DNA of 64,000 nucleotides from Eledone cirrhosa (taxonomy: Eukaryota): NCBI GenBank assembly GCA_964016885.1, contig OZ024754.1, forward strand, positions 21,018,001-21,082,000, in the 5' to 3' direction. A program made the position numbers and the translations under genes. Each line of letters starts with the position of its first letter. Position 1 is the stretch's first letter. This document shows, one piece after another, positions 1 to 14,791 of the stretch. The notes below the pieces were generated by a model. The model made no database searches. It had not been told where the DNA came from and worked only from the letters and a program-made list of their open reading frames with translations.

Positions 1-2899
1 CCCTCCCATATTACCCTTGGTATTAACATAGACTACCTCGCATATTACCCTTGGTATTAATATAGAGACTCCCTCCCATATTACCCTTGGTATTAACATA
101 GACTACCTCCCATATTACCCTTGGTATTAACATAGGGACTCCCTCCCATATTACACTTGGTATTAATATAGAGACTCCCTCCCTTATTACCCTTGGTATT
201 AACATAGACTCCCTCCCATATTAGCCTTCGTATTAACATAGGGACTCCCTCCCATATTACCCTTGGTATTAACATAGGGAATCCCTCCCATATTAGACTT
301 GGTATTAACATAGACTCCCTCCCATATTACCCTTTTTAGTATCATAGGGACTCCCTCCCATATTACCCTTGGTATTAACATAGACTCCCTCCCATATTAA
401 CCTTGTTATTAACATAGGGCCTCCCTCCTATATTACCCTTAGTATTAACATAGACTCCCTCCCATATTACCCTTGGTATTAACATAGACTCCCTGCCATA
501 TTATCCTTTGTATTAACATACACTCCCTCCCATATTACCCTTGGTTTTAACATAGACTCCCTCCCATATTACCCTTGGTACTAACATAGACTCCCTCCCA
601 TATTACCCTTGGTATTAACATAGACACCCTCCCATATTACATTTGGTATTATGATAGGGACACCCTCCCATATTACCCTTGGTATTAACATAGACTCCCT
701 CCCATATTAGCCTTGGTATTAACATAGGGACTCCCTCCTATATTACCCTTAGTATTAACATAGATTCCCTCCCATATTACCCTTGGTATTAACATAGACT
801 CCCTCCCATGTTAGCCTTGGTATTAACATAGACTCCCTCCCATATTAGCCTTGGTATTAACATAGACTCCCTCCCATATTACCCTTGGTACTAACATAGA
901 CTCCCTCCCATATTACCCTTGGTATTAACATTGGGACTCCCTCCTAAATTAGACTTGGTATTAACATAGACTCCCTCCCATATTACCCTTGGTATTAACA
1001 TGCACTCCCTTCTATATCAGACGTGGTATTAACATAGTGACTCCCTCCCATATTAGACTTGGTATTAACATAGGGAGTCCCTCCCATATTAGCCTTGGTA
1101 TTAACATAGACTCCCTCCCATATTAGCCTTGGTATTAACATAGGGACTCCCTCCCATATTAGACTTGGTATTAACATAGACTCCCTCCCATATTAGACTT
1201 GGTATTAACATAGGGACTCCCTCACATATTACCCTTGGTATTAACATAGAGACACTCTCCCATATTACCCTTGGTTTTAACATTGGGACTCCCTCCTAAA
1301 GTAGACTTGGTATTAAGATAGACTCCCTCCCATATTACCCTTGGTATTAACATAGGGACTCCCTCCCATATTACACTTGGTATTAATATAGAGACTCCCT
1401 CCCATATTACCCTTGGTATTAACATAGACTCCCTCCCATATTAGACTTGGTATTAATATAGAGACTGCCTTCCATATTACCCTTGGTATTAACATAGGGA
1501 CTCCCTCCCATATTACACTTGGTATTAATATAGAGACTCCCTCCCATATTACCCTTGGTATTAATATAGACTCCCTCCCATATTAGAATTGGTATTAATA
1601 TAGAGACTCCCTCCCATATTACCCTTGGTATTAACATAGACTCCCTCCCATATTAGACTTGGTATTAATATAGAGACTCCCTCCCATATTACCCTTGGTA
1701 TTAACATAGACCACCTCGCATATTACCCCTGGTATTAATATAGAGACTCCCTCCCATATTACCCTCGGTATTAACATAGACTCCCTCCCATATTAGACTT
1801 GGTATTAATATAGAGACTCCCTCCCATATTACCCTTGGTATTAACATAGGGACTCCCTCCCATATTACCCTTGATATTAACATAGAGACCCCCCCCATAT
1901 TACCCTTGGTATTAACATAGACTCCCTCCCATATTTCCCTTGGTATTAACATAGGGACTCCCTCCCATATTACCCTTGGTATTAACATAGACTCCCTCCC
2001 ATATTACCCTTTGTATTAACATAGACTCCCTCCCATATTAGCCTTCGTATTAACATAGGGACTCCCTCCCATATTACCCTTGGTATTAACATAGGGACTC
2101 CCTCCCATATTAGACTTGGTATTAACATAGACTCCCTCCCATATTACCCTTGGTATTATCAGAGGGACTCCCTCCCATATTACCGTTGGTATTAACATAG
2201 ACTCCCTTCCATATTACCCTTGGTATTAACATAGACACCCTCCCATATTACCTTTGGTATTATGATAGGGACACCCTCCCATATTACCCTTGGTATTAAC
2301 ATAGACTCCCTCCCATATTACCCTTGGTATTAACATAGACTCCCTCCCATATTAGCCTTGGTATTAACATAGGGACTCCCTCCTATATTACCCTTAGTAT
2401 TAACATAGACTCCCTCCCATATTACCCTTGGTATTAACATAGACTCCCTCCCATGTTAGCCTTGGTATTAACATAGACTCCCTCCCATATTAGCCTTGGT
2501 ATTAACATAGAATCCCTCCCATATTACCCTTGGTATGAACATTGGCACACCCTCCTAAATTAGACTTGGTATTAACATAGACTCCCTCCCATATTACCCT
2601 TGGTATTAACATGCACTCCCTTCTATATCAGACGTGGTATTAACATAGGGACTCCCTCCCATATTAGACTTGGTATTAACATAGGGACTCCCTCCCATAT
2701 TACCCTTGTTATTAACATAGACTCCCTCCCATATTAGCCTTGGTATTAACATAGGGACTCCCTCTCATATTAGACTTGGTATTAACATAGACTCCCTCCC
2801 ATATTAGACTTGGTATTAACATAGGGACTCCCTCCCATATTACCCTTGGTATTAACATAGGGACTCCCTCCCATATTACCCTTGGTATTAACATAGAGA

Positions 2900-4320
2900 C
2901 CCCCCCCCCATATTACCCTTGGTATTAACATAGACTCCCTCCCATATTTCCCTTGGTATTAACATAGGGACTCCCTCCCATATTACCCTTGGTATTAACA
3001 TAGACTCCCTCCCATATTACCCTTGGTATTAACATAGACTCCCTCCCATATTAGCCTTCGTATTAACATAGGGACTCCATCCCATATTACCCTTGGTATT
3101 AACATAGGGACTCCCTCCCATATTAGACTTGGTATTAACATAGACTCCCTCCCATATTACCCTTGGTATCATCATAGGGACTCCCTCCCATATTACCCTT
3201 GGTATTAACATAGACTCCCTTCCATATTACCCTTGGTATTAACATAGACACCCTCCCATATTACCTTTGGTATTATGATAGGGACACCCTCCCATATTAC
3301 CCTTGGTATTAACATAGACTCCCTCCCATATTACCCTTGGTATTAACATAGACTCCCTCCCATATTAGCCTTGGTATTAACATAGGGACTCCCTCCTATA
3401 TTACCCTTAGTATTAACATAGACTCCCTCCCATATTACCCTTGGTATTAACATAGACTCCCTCCCATGTTAGCCTTGGTATTAACATGGACTCCCTCCCA
3501 TATTAGACTTGGTATTAACATAGGGACTCCCTCCCATATTACCCTTGGTATTAACATAGACTCCCTCCCATATTAGCCTTGGTATTAACATAGGGACTCC
3601 CTCTCATATTAGACTTGGTATTAACATAGACTCCCTCCCATATTAGACTTGGTATTAACATAGGGACTCCCTCCCATATTACCCTTGGTATTAACAAAGA
3701 GACCCCCCCCCATATTACCCTTGGTATTAACATAGACTCCCTCCCATATTTCCCTTGGTATTAACATAGGGACTCCCTCCCATATTACCCTTGGTATTAA
3801 CATAGACTCCCTCCCATATTACCCTTGGTATTAACATAGACTCCCTCCCATATTAGCCTTCGTATTAACATAGGGACTCCATCCCATATTACCCTTGGTA
3901 TTAACATAGGGACTCCCTCCCATAATAGACTTGGTATTAACATAGACTCCCTCCCATATTACCCTTGGTATTATCATAGGGACTCCCTCCCATATTACCC
4001 TTGGTATTAACATAGACTCCCTTCCATATTACCCTTGGTATTAACATAGACACCCTCCCATATTACCTTTGGTATTATGATAGGGACACCCTCCCATATT
4101 ACCCTTGGTATTAACATAGACTCCCTCCCATATTACCCTTGGTATTAACATAGACTCCCTCCCATATTAGCCTTGGTATTAACATAGGGACTCCCTCCTA
4201 TATTACCCTTAGTATTAACATAGACTCCCTACCATATTACCCTTGGTATTAACATAGACTCCCTCCCATGTTAGCCTTGGTATTAACATGGACTCCCTCC
4301 CATATTAGCCTTGGTATTAA
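2900..4320. repeat. Local duplication with 802-bp offset
   Basis: Marker GGGACTCCATCCC at 3071 and 3873; near-identical pseudo-ORFs at 3029 and 3831; shared ACATGGACT variant later in each copy. Boundaries are approximate. Confidence 0.8.
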
Positions 4321-6739
4321 TATAGAGACTCCCTCCCATATTACCCTTGGTAATAACATAGACTCCCTCCCATATTAGACTTGGTATTAATATAGAGACT
4401 CCCTCCCATATTACCCTTGGTATTAATATAGACTCCCTCCCATATTACCCTTGGTATTAACATAGGGACTCCCTCCCATATTACTCTTGGTATTAACATA
4501 GAGACCCCCCCCCCCCATATTACCCTTGGTATTAACATAGACTCCCTCACATATTACCCTTGGTATTAACATAGACTCCCTCCCATATTACCGTTGTTAT
4601 TAACATAGGGACTCCCTCCCATATTAGCCTTGGTATTAACATAGGGACTCCCTCCCATATTAGCCTTGGTATTAACATAGACTCCCTTCCATATTAGCCT
4701 TGGTATTAACATAGACTCCCTCCCATATTACCCATGGTATTAACATAGACTCCCTCCCATATTACCCTTGGTATTAACATAGGGACTCCCTCCCATATTT
4801 CCCTTGGTATTAACATAGGGACTCCCTCCTATATTACCCTTGGTATTAATATAGACTCCCTCCCATATTACCCTTGGTATTAACATAGACTTCCTCCCAT
4901 ATTAGCCTTCGTATTAACATAGGGACTCCCTCCCATATTACCCTTGGTATTAACATAGGGACTCCATCCAATATTAGACTTGGTATTAACATAGACTCCC
5001 TCCCATATTAACCTTGGTATTATCATAGGGACTCCCTCCCATATTACCCTTGGTATTAACATAGACTCCCTCCCATATTACCCTTGGTGTTAACATAGAC
5101 TCCCTCGCATATTACCCTTGGTACTAACATAGACTGCCTCCCATATTACCCTTGGTATTAACATAGGGACTCCCTCCCATATTACACTTGGTATTAATAT
5201 AGAGACTCCCTCCCATATTACCCTTGGTATTAACATAGACTCTCTCCCATATTAGACTTGGTATTAATATAGAGACTCCCTCCCATATTACCCTTGGTAT
5301 TAACATAGACTCCCTCCCATATTAGTCTTGGTATTAACATAGACTCCCTTCTATATTAGCCTTGGTATTAACATAGACTCCCTCCCATATTACCCTTGGT
5401 ATTAACATAGACTCCCTCCCATATTACCCTTGGTATTAACATAGGGACTCCCTCCCATATTTCCCTTGGTATTAACATAGGGACTCCCTCCCATATTACA
5501 CTTGGTATTAACATAAACTCCCTCCCATATTACCCTTGGTATTAACATAGACTCCCTCCCATATTAGCCTTCGTATTAACATAGGGACTCCCTCCCATAT
5601 TACCCTTGGTATTATCATAGGGACTCCCTCCCATATTACCCTTGGTATTAACATAGACTCCCTCCCATATTACCCTTGGTATTAACATAGACTCCCTCCC
5701 ATATTACCCTTGGTACTAACATAGACTCCCTCCCATATTACACTTGGTATTAATATAGAGATTCCCTCACATATTACCCTTGGTATTAACATAGACTCTC
5801 TCCCATATTAGACTTGGTATTAATATAGAGACTCCCTCCCATATTACCCTTGGTATTAACATAGACTCCCTCCCATTTTAGACTTGGTATTAGTATAGAG
5901 ACTCCCTCCCATATTACCCTTGGTATTAACATAGGCTACCTCCCATATTACCCTTGGTATTAATATAGAGACTCCCTCCCATATTACCCTTGGTATTAAC
6001 ATAGACTCCCTCCCATATTAGCCTTCGTATTAACATAGGGACTCCCTCCCATATTACCCTTGGTATTAACATAGGGACTCCCTCCCATATTAGTCTTGGT
6101 ATTAACATAGACTCCCTCCCATATTACCCTTTTTAGTATCATAGGGACTCCCTCCCATATTAACCTTGGTATTAACATAGGGACTCCCTCCTATATTACC
6201 CTTAGTATTAACATAGACTCCCTCCCATATTACCCTTGGTATTAACATAGACTCCCTGCCATATTATCCTTTGTATTAACATAGACTCCCTCCCATATTA
6301 CCCTTGGTTTTAACATAGACTCCCTTCCATATTACCCTTCGTATTAACATAGACACCCTCCCATATTACATTTGGTATTATGATAGGGACACCCTCCCAT
6401 ATTACCCTTGGTATTAACATAGACTCCCTCCCATATCACCCTTGGTATTAACATAGACTCCCTCCCATATTAGCCTTGGTATTAACATAGGGACTCCCTC
6501 CTATATTACCCTTAGTATTAACATAGACTCCCTCCCATATTACCCTTGGTATTAACATAGACTCCCTCCCAAGTTAGCCTTGGTATTAACATAGACTCCC
6601 TCCCATATTAGCCTTGGTATTAACATAGACTCCCTCCCATATTACCCTTGGTACTAACATAGACTCCCTCCCATATTACCCTTGGTATTAACATTGGGAC
6701 TCCCTCCTAAATTAGACTTGGTATTAACATAGACTCCCT

Positions 6740-9700
6740 CCCATATTAACCTTGGTATTAACATAGACTACGTCGCATATTACCCCTGGTATTAATATAG
6801 AGACTCCCTCCCATATTACCCTTGGTATTAACATAGACTCCCTCCCATATTAGACTTGGTATTAATATAGAGACTCCCTCCCATATTACCCTTGGTATTA
6901 ACATAGGGACTCCCTCCCATATTACCCTTGGTATTAACATAGAGACGCCCCCCCCCATATTACCCTTGGTATTAACATAGACTCCCTCCCATATTTCCCT
7001 TGGTATTAACATAGGGACTCCCTCCCATATTACCCTTTGTATTAACATAGACTCCCTCCCATATTACCCTTGGTATTAACATAGACTCCCTCCCATATTA
7101 GCCTTCGTCTTAACATAGGGACTCCCTCCTATATTACCCTTAGTATTAACATAGACTCCCTCCCATATTACCCTTGGTATTAACATAGACTCCCTCCCAT
7201 ATTACCCTTGGTATTATCATAGGGACTCCCTCCCATATTACCCTTGGTATTAACATAGACTCCCTTCCATATTACCCTTGGTATTAACATAGACACCCTC
7301 CCATATTACCTTTGGTATTATGATAGGGACACCCTCCCATATTACCCTTGGTATTAACATAGACTCCCTCCCATATTACCCTTGGTATTAACATAGACTC
7401 CCTCCCATATTAGCCTTGGTATTAACATAGGGACTCCCTCCTATATTACCCTTAGTATTAACATAGACTCCCTACCATATTACCCTTGGTATTAACATAG
7501 ACTCCCTCCCATGTTAGCCTTGGTATTAACATGGACTCCCTCCCATATTAGCCTTGGTATTAACATAGACTCCCTCCCATATTACCCTTGGTATGAACAT
7601 TGGGACACCCTCCTAAATTAGACTTGGTATTAACATAGACTCCCTCCCGTATTACCCTTGGTATTAACATGCACTCCCTTCTATATCAGACGTGGTATTA
7701 ACATAGGGACTCCCTCCCATATTAGACTTGGTATTAACATAGACTCCCTCCCATATTACCCTTGGTATTATCATAGGGACTCCCTCCCATATTACCCTTG
7801 GTATTAACATAGACTCCCTTCCATATTACCCTTGGTATTAACATAGACACCCTCCCATATTACCTTTGGTATTATGATAGGGACACCCTCCCATATTACC
7901 CTTGGTATTAACATAGACTCCCTCCCATATTACCCTTGGTATTAACATAGACTGCCCCCCATATTAGCCTTGGTATTAACATAGGGACTCCCTTCTATAT
8001 TACCCTTAGTATTAACATAGACTCCCTCCCATATTACCCTTGGTATTAACATAGACTCCCTCCCATATTACCCTTGGTATTATCATAGGGACTCCCTCCC
8101 ATATTACCCTTGGTATTAACATAGACTCCCTTCCATATTACCCTTGGTATTAACATAGACACCCTCCCATATTACCTTTGGTATTATGATAGGGACACCC
8201 TCCCATATTACCCTTGGTATTAACATAGACTCCCTCCCATATTACCCTTGGTATTAACATAGACTCCCTCCCATATTAGCCTTGGTATTAACATAGGGGC
8301 TCCCTCCTATATTACCCTTAGTATTAACATAGACTCCCTACCATATTACCCTTGGTATTAACATAGACTCCCTCCCATGTTAGCCTTGGTATTAACATAG
8401 ACTCCCTCCCATATTACCCTTGGTATGAACATTGGGACTCCCTCCCATATTAGACTTGGTATTAACATAGGGACTCCCTCCCATATTAACCTTGGTATTA
8501 ACATAGACTCCCTCCCATATTAGACTTGGTATTAACATAGGGACTCCCTCCCATATTACCCTTGGTATTAACATAGGGACTCCCTCACATATTACCCTTG
8601 GTATTAACATAGAGACACCCTCCCATATTACCCTTGGTATTAACATTGGGACTCCCTCCTAAAGTAGACTTGGTATTAACATAGACTGCCTCCCATATTA
8701 CCCTTGGTATTAACATAGGGACTCCCTCCCATATTACACTTGGTATTAATATAGAGACTCCCTCCCATATTACCCTTGGTATTAACATAGACTCCCTCCC
8801 ATATTAGAATTGGTATTAATATAGAGACTCCCTCCCATATTACCCTTGGTATTAACATAGACTCCCTCCCATATTAGACTTGGTATTAATATAGAGACTC
8901 CCTCCCATATTACCCTTGGTATTAACATAGACTACCTCGCATATTACCCCTGGTATTAATATAGAGACTTCCTCCCATATTACCCTTGGTATTAACATAG
9001 ACTCCCTCCCATATTAGACTTGGTATTAATATAGAGACTCCCTCCCATATTACCCTTGGTATTAACATAGGGACTCCCTGCCATATTACCCTTGGTATTA
9101 ACATAGAGACCCCCCCGCCATATTACCCTTGTATTAACATAGACTCCCTCCCATATTTCCCTTGGTATTAACATAGGGACTCCCTCCCATATTACCCTTG
9201 GTATTAACATAGACTCCCTCCCATATTACCCTTGGTATTAACATAGACTCCCTCCCATATTAGCCTTCGTATTAACATAGGGACTCCCTCCCATATTACC
9301 CTTGGTATTAACATAGGGACTCCCTCCCATATTAGACTTGGTATTAACATAGACTCCCTCCCATATTACCCTTGGTATTATCATAGGGACTCCCTCCCAT
9401 ATTACCCTTGGTATTAACATAGACTCCCTTCCATATTACCCTTGGTATTAACATAGACACCCTCCCATATTACCTTTGGTATTATGATAGGGACACCCTC
9501 CCATATTACCCTTGGTATTAACATAGACTCCCTCCCATATTACCCTTGGTATTAACATAGACTCCCTCCCATATTAGCCTTGGTATTAACATAGGGACTC
9601 CCTCCTATATTACCCTTAGTATTAACATAGACTCCTTCCCATATTACCCTTGGTATTAACATAGACTCCCTCCCATATTACCCTTGGTATTAACATAGAC

Positions 9701-12650
9701 TCCCTCCCATATTACCCTTGGTACTAACATAGACTGCCTCCCATATTACCCTTGGTATTAACATCGGGAGTCCCTCCCATATTACACTTGGTATTAATAT
9801 AGAGACTCCCTCCCATATTACCCTTGGTATTAACATAGACTCTCTCCCATATTAGACTTGGTATTAATATAGAGTCTCCCTCCCATATTACCCTTGGTAT
9901 TAACATAGACTCCCTCCCATATTAGACTTGGTATTAATATAGAGACTCTCTCCCATATTACCCTTGGTATTAACATAGACTCCCTCCCATTTTAGACTTG
10001 GTATTAGTATAGAGACTCCCTCCCATATTAACCTTGGTATTAACATAGACTACGTCGCATACTATCCCTGGTATTAATATAGAGACTCCCTCCCATATTA
10101 CCCTTGGTATTAACATAGACTCCCTCCCATATTAGACTTGGTATTAATATAGAGACTCCCTCCCATATTACCCTTGGTATTAACATAGGGACTCCCTCCC
10201 ATATTACCCTTGGTATTAACATAGAGACGCCCCCCCCCCATATTACCCTTGGTATTAACATAGACTCCCTCCCATATTTCCCTTGGTATTAACATAGGGA
10301 CTCCCTCCCATATTACCCTTGGTATTAACACAGACTCCCTCCCATATTACCCTTGGTATTAACATAGACTCCCTCCCATATTAGCCTTCGTATTAACATA
10401 GGGACTCCCTCCCATATTACCCTTGGTATTAACATAGGGACTCCCTCCCATATTAGACTTGGTATTAACATAGACTCCCTCCCATATTACCCTTGGTATT
10501 ATCATAGGGACTCCCTCCCATATTACCCTTGGTATTAACATAGACTCCCCTCCATATTACTCTTGGTATTAACATAGACACCCTCCCATATTACCTTTAG
10601 TATTATGATAGGGACACCCTCCCATATTACCCTTGGTATTAACATAGACTCCCTCCCATATTACCCTTGGTATTATCATAGACTCCCTCCCATATTAGCC
10701 TTGGTATTAACATAGGGACTCCCTCCTATATTACCCTTAGTATTAACATAGACTCCCTCCCATATTACCCTTGGTATTAACATAGACTCCCTCCCATATT
10801 ACCCTTGGTATTATCATAGGGACTCCCTCCCATATTACCCTTGGTATTAACATAGACTCCCTTCCATATTACCCTTGGTATTAACATAGACACCCTCCCA
10901 TATTACCTTTGGTATTATGATAGGGACACCCTCCCATATTACCCTTGGTATTAACATAGACTCCCTCCCATATTACCCTTGGTATTAACATAGACTCCCT
11001 CCGATATTAGCCTTGGTATTAACATAGGGACTCCCTCCTATATTACCCTTAGTATTAACATAGACTCCCTACCATATTACCCTTGGTATTAACATAGACT
11101 CCCTCCCATGTTAGCCTTGGTATTAACATGGACTCCCTCCCATATTAGCCTTGGTATTAACATAGACTCCCTCCCATATTACCCTTGGTATGAACATTGG
11201 GCCACCCTCCTAAATTAGACTTGGTATTAACATAGACTCCCTCCCATATTACCCTTGGTATTAACATGCACTCCCTTCTATATCAGACGTGGTATTAACA
11301 TAGGGACTCCCTCCCATATTAGACTTGGTATTAACATAGTCTCCCTCCCATATTACCCTTGGTATTATCATAGGGACTCCCTCCCATATTACCCTTGGTA
11401 TTAACATAGACTCCCTTCCATATTACCCTTGGTATTAACATAGACACCCTCCCATATTACCTTTGGTATTATGATAGGGACACCCTCCCATATTACCCTT
11501 GGTATTAACATAGACTCCCTCCCATATTACGCTTGGTATTAACATAGACTCCCTCCCATATTAGCCTTGGTATTAACATAGGGACTCCCTACTATATTAC
11601 CCTTAGTATTAACATAGACTCCCTCCCATATTACCCTTGGTATTAACATAGACTCCCTCCCATATTACCCTTGGTATTATCATAGGGACTCCCTCCCATA
11701 TTACCCTTGGTATTAACATAGACTCCCTTCCATATTACCCTTGGTATTAACATAGACACCCTCCCATATTACCTTTGGTATTATGATAGGGACACCCTCC
11801 CATATTACCCTTGGTATTAACATAGACTCCCTCCCATATTACCCTTGGTATTAACATAGACTCCCTCCCATATTAGCCTTGGTATTAACATAGGGACTCC
11901 CTCCTATATTACCCTTAGTATTAACATAGACTCCCTACCATATTACCCTTGGTATTAACATAGACTCCCTCCCATGTTAGCCTTGGTATTAACATGGACT
12001 CCCTCCCATATTAGCCTTGGTATTAACATAGACTCCCTCCCATATTACCCTTGGTATGAACATTGGGACTCCCTCCCATATTAGACTTGGTATTAACATA
12101 GGGACTCCCTCCCATATTAACCTTGGTATTAACATAGACTCCCTCCCATATTAGCCTTGGTATTAACATAGGGACTCCCTCTCATATTAGACTTGGTATT
12201 AACATAGACTCCCTCCCATATTAGACTTGGTATTAACATAGGGACTCCCTCCCATATTACCCTTGGTATTAACATAGGGACTCCCTCACATATTACCCTT
12301 GGTATTAACATAGAGACAACCTCCCATATTACCCTTGGTATTAACATTGGGACTCCCTCCTAAAGTAGACTTGGTATTAACATAGACTGCCTCCCATATT
12401 ACCCTTGGTATTAACATAGGGACTCCCTCCAATATTACACTTGGTATTAATATAGAGACTCCCTCCCATATTACCCTTGGTATTAACATAGACTCCCTCC
12501 CATATTAGAATTGGTATTAATATAGAGACTCCCTCCCATATTACCCTTGGTATTAACATAGACTCCCTCCCATATTAGACTTGGTATTAATATAGAGACT
12601 CCCTCCCATATTACCCTTGGTATTAACATAGGGACTCCCTGCCATATTAC
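6740..12650. repeat. Imperfect ~3.3-3.7 kb segmental duplication (about 6.7-9.1 kb repeated at 10.0-12.7 kb) containing 312-bp and 554-bp sub-repeats
   Basis: Rare markers GACTACGTCGCAT (6766/10048) and GAGACGCCCCC (6942/10224) are offset by 3282. TACCTTT..TATTATGATA cassettes at 7307/7861/8173 versus 10904/11458/11770 are offset by 3597, with spacings of 554 and 312. Pseudo-ORFs at 8585/12286 are offset by 3701. Confidence 0.8.
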
Positions 12651-14791
12651 CCTTGGTATTAACATAGGGACTCCCTGCCATATTACCCTTGGTATTAACA
12701 TAGGGACACCCTCCCATATTACCCTTGGTATTAACATAGACTCCCTCCCATATTACCCTTGGTATTATCATAGACTCCCTCCCATATTAGCCTTGGTATT
12801 AACATAGGGACTCCCTCCTATATTACCCTTAGTATTAACATAGACTCCCTCCCATATTACCCTTGGTATTAACATAGACTCCCTCCCATATTACCCTTGG
12901 TATTATCATAGGGACTCCCTCCCATATTACCCTTGGTATTAACATAGACTCCCTTCCATATTACCCTTGGTATTAACATAGACACCCTCCCATATTACCT
13001 TTGGTATTATGATAGGGACACCCTCCCATATTACCCTTGGTATTAACATAGACTCCCTCCCATATTACCCTTGGTATTAACATAGACTCCCTCCGATATT
13101 AGCCTTGGTATTAACATAGGGACTCCCTCCTATATTACCCTTAGTATTAACATAGACTCCCTACCATATTACCCTTGGTATTAACATAGACTCCCTCCCA
13201 TGTTAGCCTTGGTATTAACATGGACTCCCTCCCATATTAGCCTTGGTATTAACATAGACTCCCTCCCATATTACCCTTGGTATGAACATTGGGCCACCCT
13301 CCTAAATTAGACTTGGTATTAACATAGACTCCCTCCCATATTACCCTTGGTATTAACATGCACTCCCTTCTATATCAGACGTGGTATTAACATAGGGACT
13401 CCCTCCCATATTAGACTTGGTATTAACATAGTCTCCCTCCCATATTACCCTTGGTATTATCATAGGGACTCCCTCCCATATTACCCTTGGTATTAACATA
13501 GACTCCCTTCCATATTACCCTTGGTATTAACATAGACACCCTCCCATATTACCTTTGGTATTATGATAGGGACACCCTCCCATATTACCCTTGGTATTAA
13601 CATAGACTCCCTCCCATATTACGCTTGGTATTAACATAGACTCCCTCCCATATTAGCCTTGGTATTAACATAGGGACTCCCTACTATATTACCCTTAGTA
13701 TTAACATAGACTCCCTCCCATATTACCCTTGGTATTAACATAGACTCCCTCCCATATTACCCTTGGTATTATCATAGGGACTCCCTCCCATATTACCCTT
13801 GGTATTAACATAGACTCCCTTCCATATTACCCTTGGTATTAACATAGACACCCTCCCATATTACCTTTGGTATTATGATAGGGACACCCTCCCATATTAC
13901 CCTTGGTATTAACATAGACTCCCTCCCATATTACCCTTGGTATTAACATAGACTCCCTCCCATATTAGCCTTGGTATTAACATAGGGACTCCCTCCTATA
14001 TTACCCTTAGTATTAACATAGACTCCCTACCATATTACCCTTGGTATTAACATAGACTCCCTCCCATGTTAGCCTTGGTATTAACATGGACTCCCTCCCA
14101 TATTAGCCTTGGTATTAACATAGACTCCCTCCCATATTACCCTTGGTATGAACATTGGGACTCCCTCCCATATTAGACTTGGTATTAACATAGGGACTCC
14201 CTCCCATATTAACCTTGGTATTAACATAGACTCCCTCCCATATTAGCCTTGGTATTAACATAGGGACTCCCTCTCATATTAGACTTGGTATTAACATAGA
14301 CTCCCTCCCATATTAGACTTGGTATTAACATAGGGACTCCCTCCCATATTACCCTTGGTATTAACATAGGGACTCCCTCACATATTACCCTTGGTATTAA
14401 CATAGAGACAACCTCCCATATTACCCTTGGTATTAACATTGGGACTCCCTCCTAAAGTAGACTTGGTATTAACATAGACTGCCTCCCATATTACCCTTGG
14501 TATTAACATAGGGACTCCCTCCAATATTACACTTGGTATTAATATAGAGACTCCCTCCCATATTACCCTTGGTATTAACATAGACTCCCTCCCATATTAG
14601 AATTGGTATTAATATAGAGACTCCCTCCCATATTACCCTTGGTATTAACATAGACTCCCTCCCATATTAGACTTGGTATTAATATAGAGACTCCCTCCCA
14701 TATTACCCTTGGTATTAACATAGGGACTCCCTGCCATATTACCCTTGGTATTAACATAGGGACTCCCTGCCATATTACCCTTGGTATTAAC
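10608..14791. repeat. Near-perfect tandem duplication, 2 x 2092 bp
   Basis: Markers recur at exactly +2092: TATTATCATAGACT 10671/12763, CCGATATT 11001/13093, ACGCTTGG 11529/13621. Identical pseudo-ORFs at 12129/14221, 12286/14378 and 12377/14469. Confidence 0.95.
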
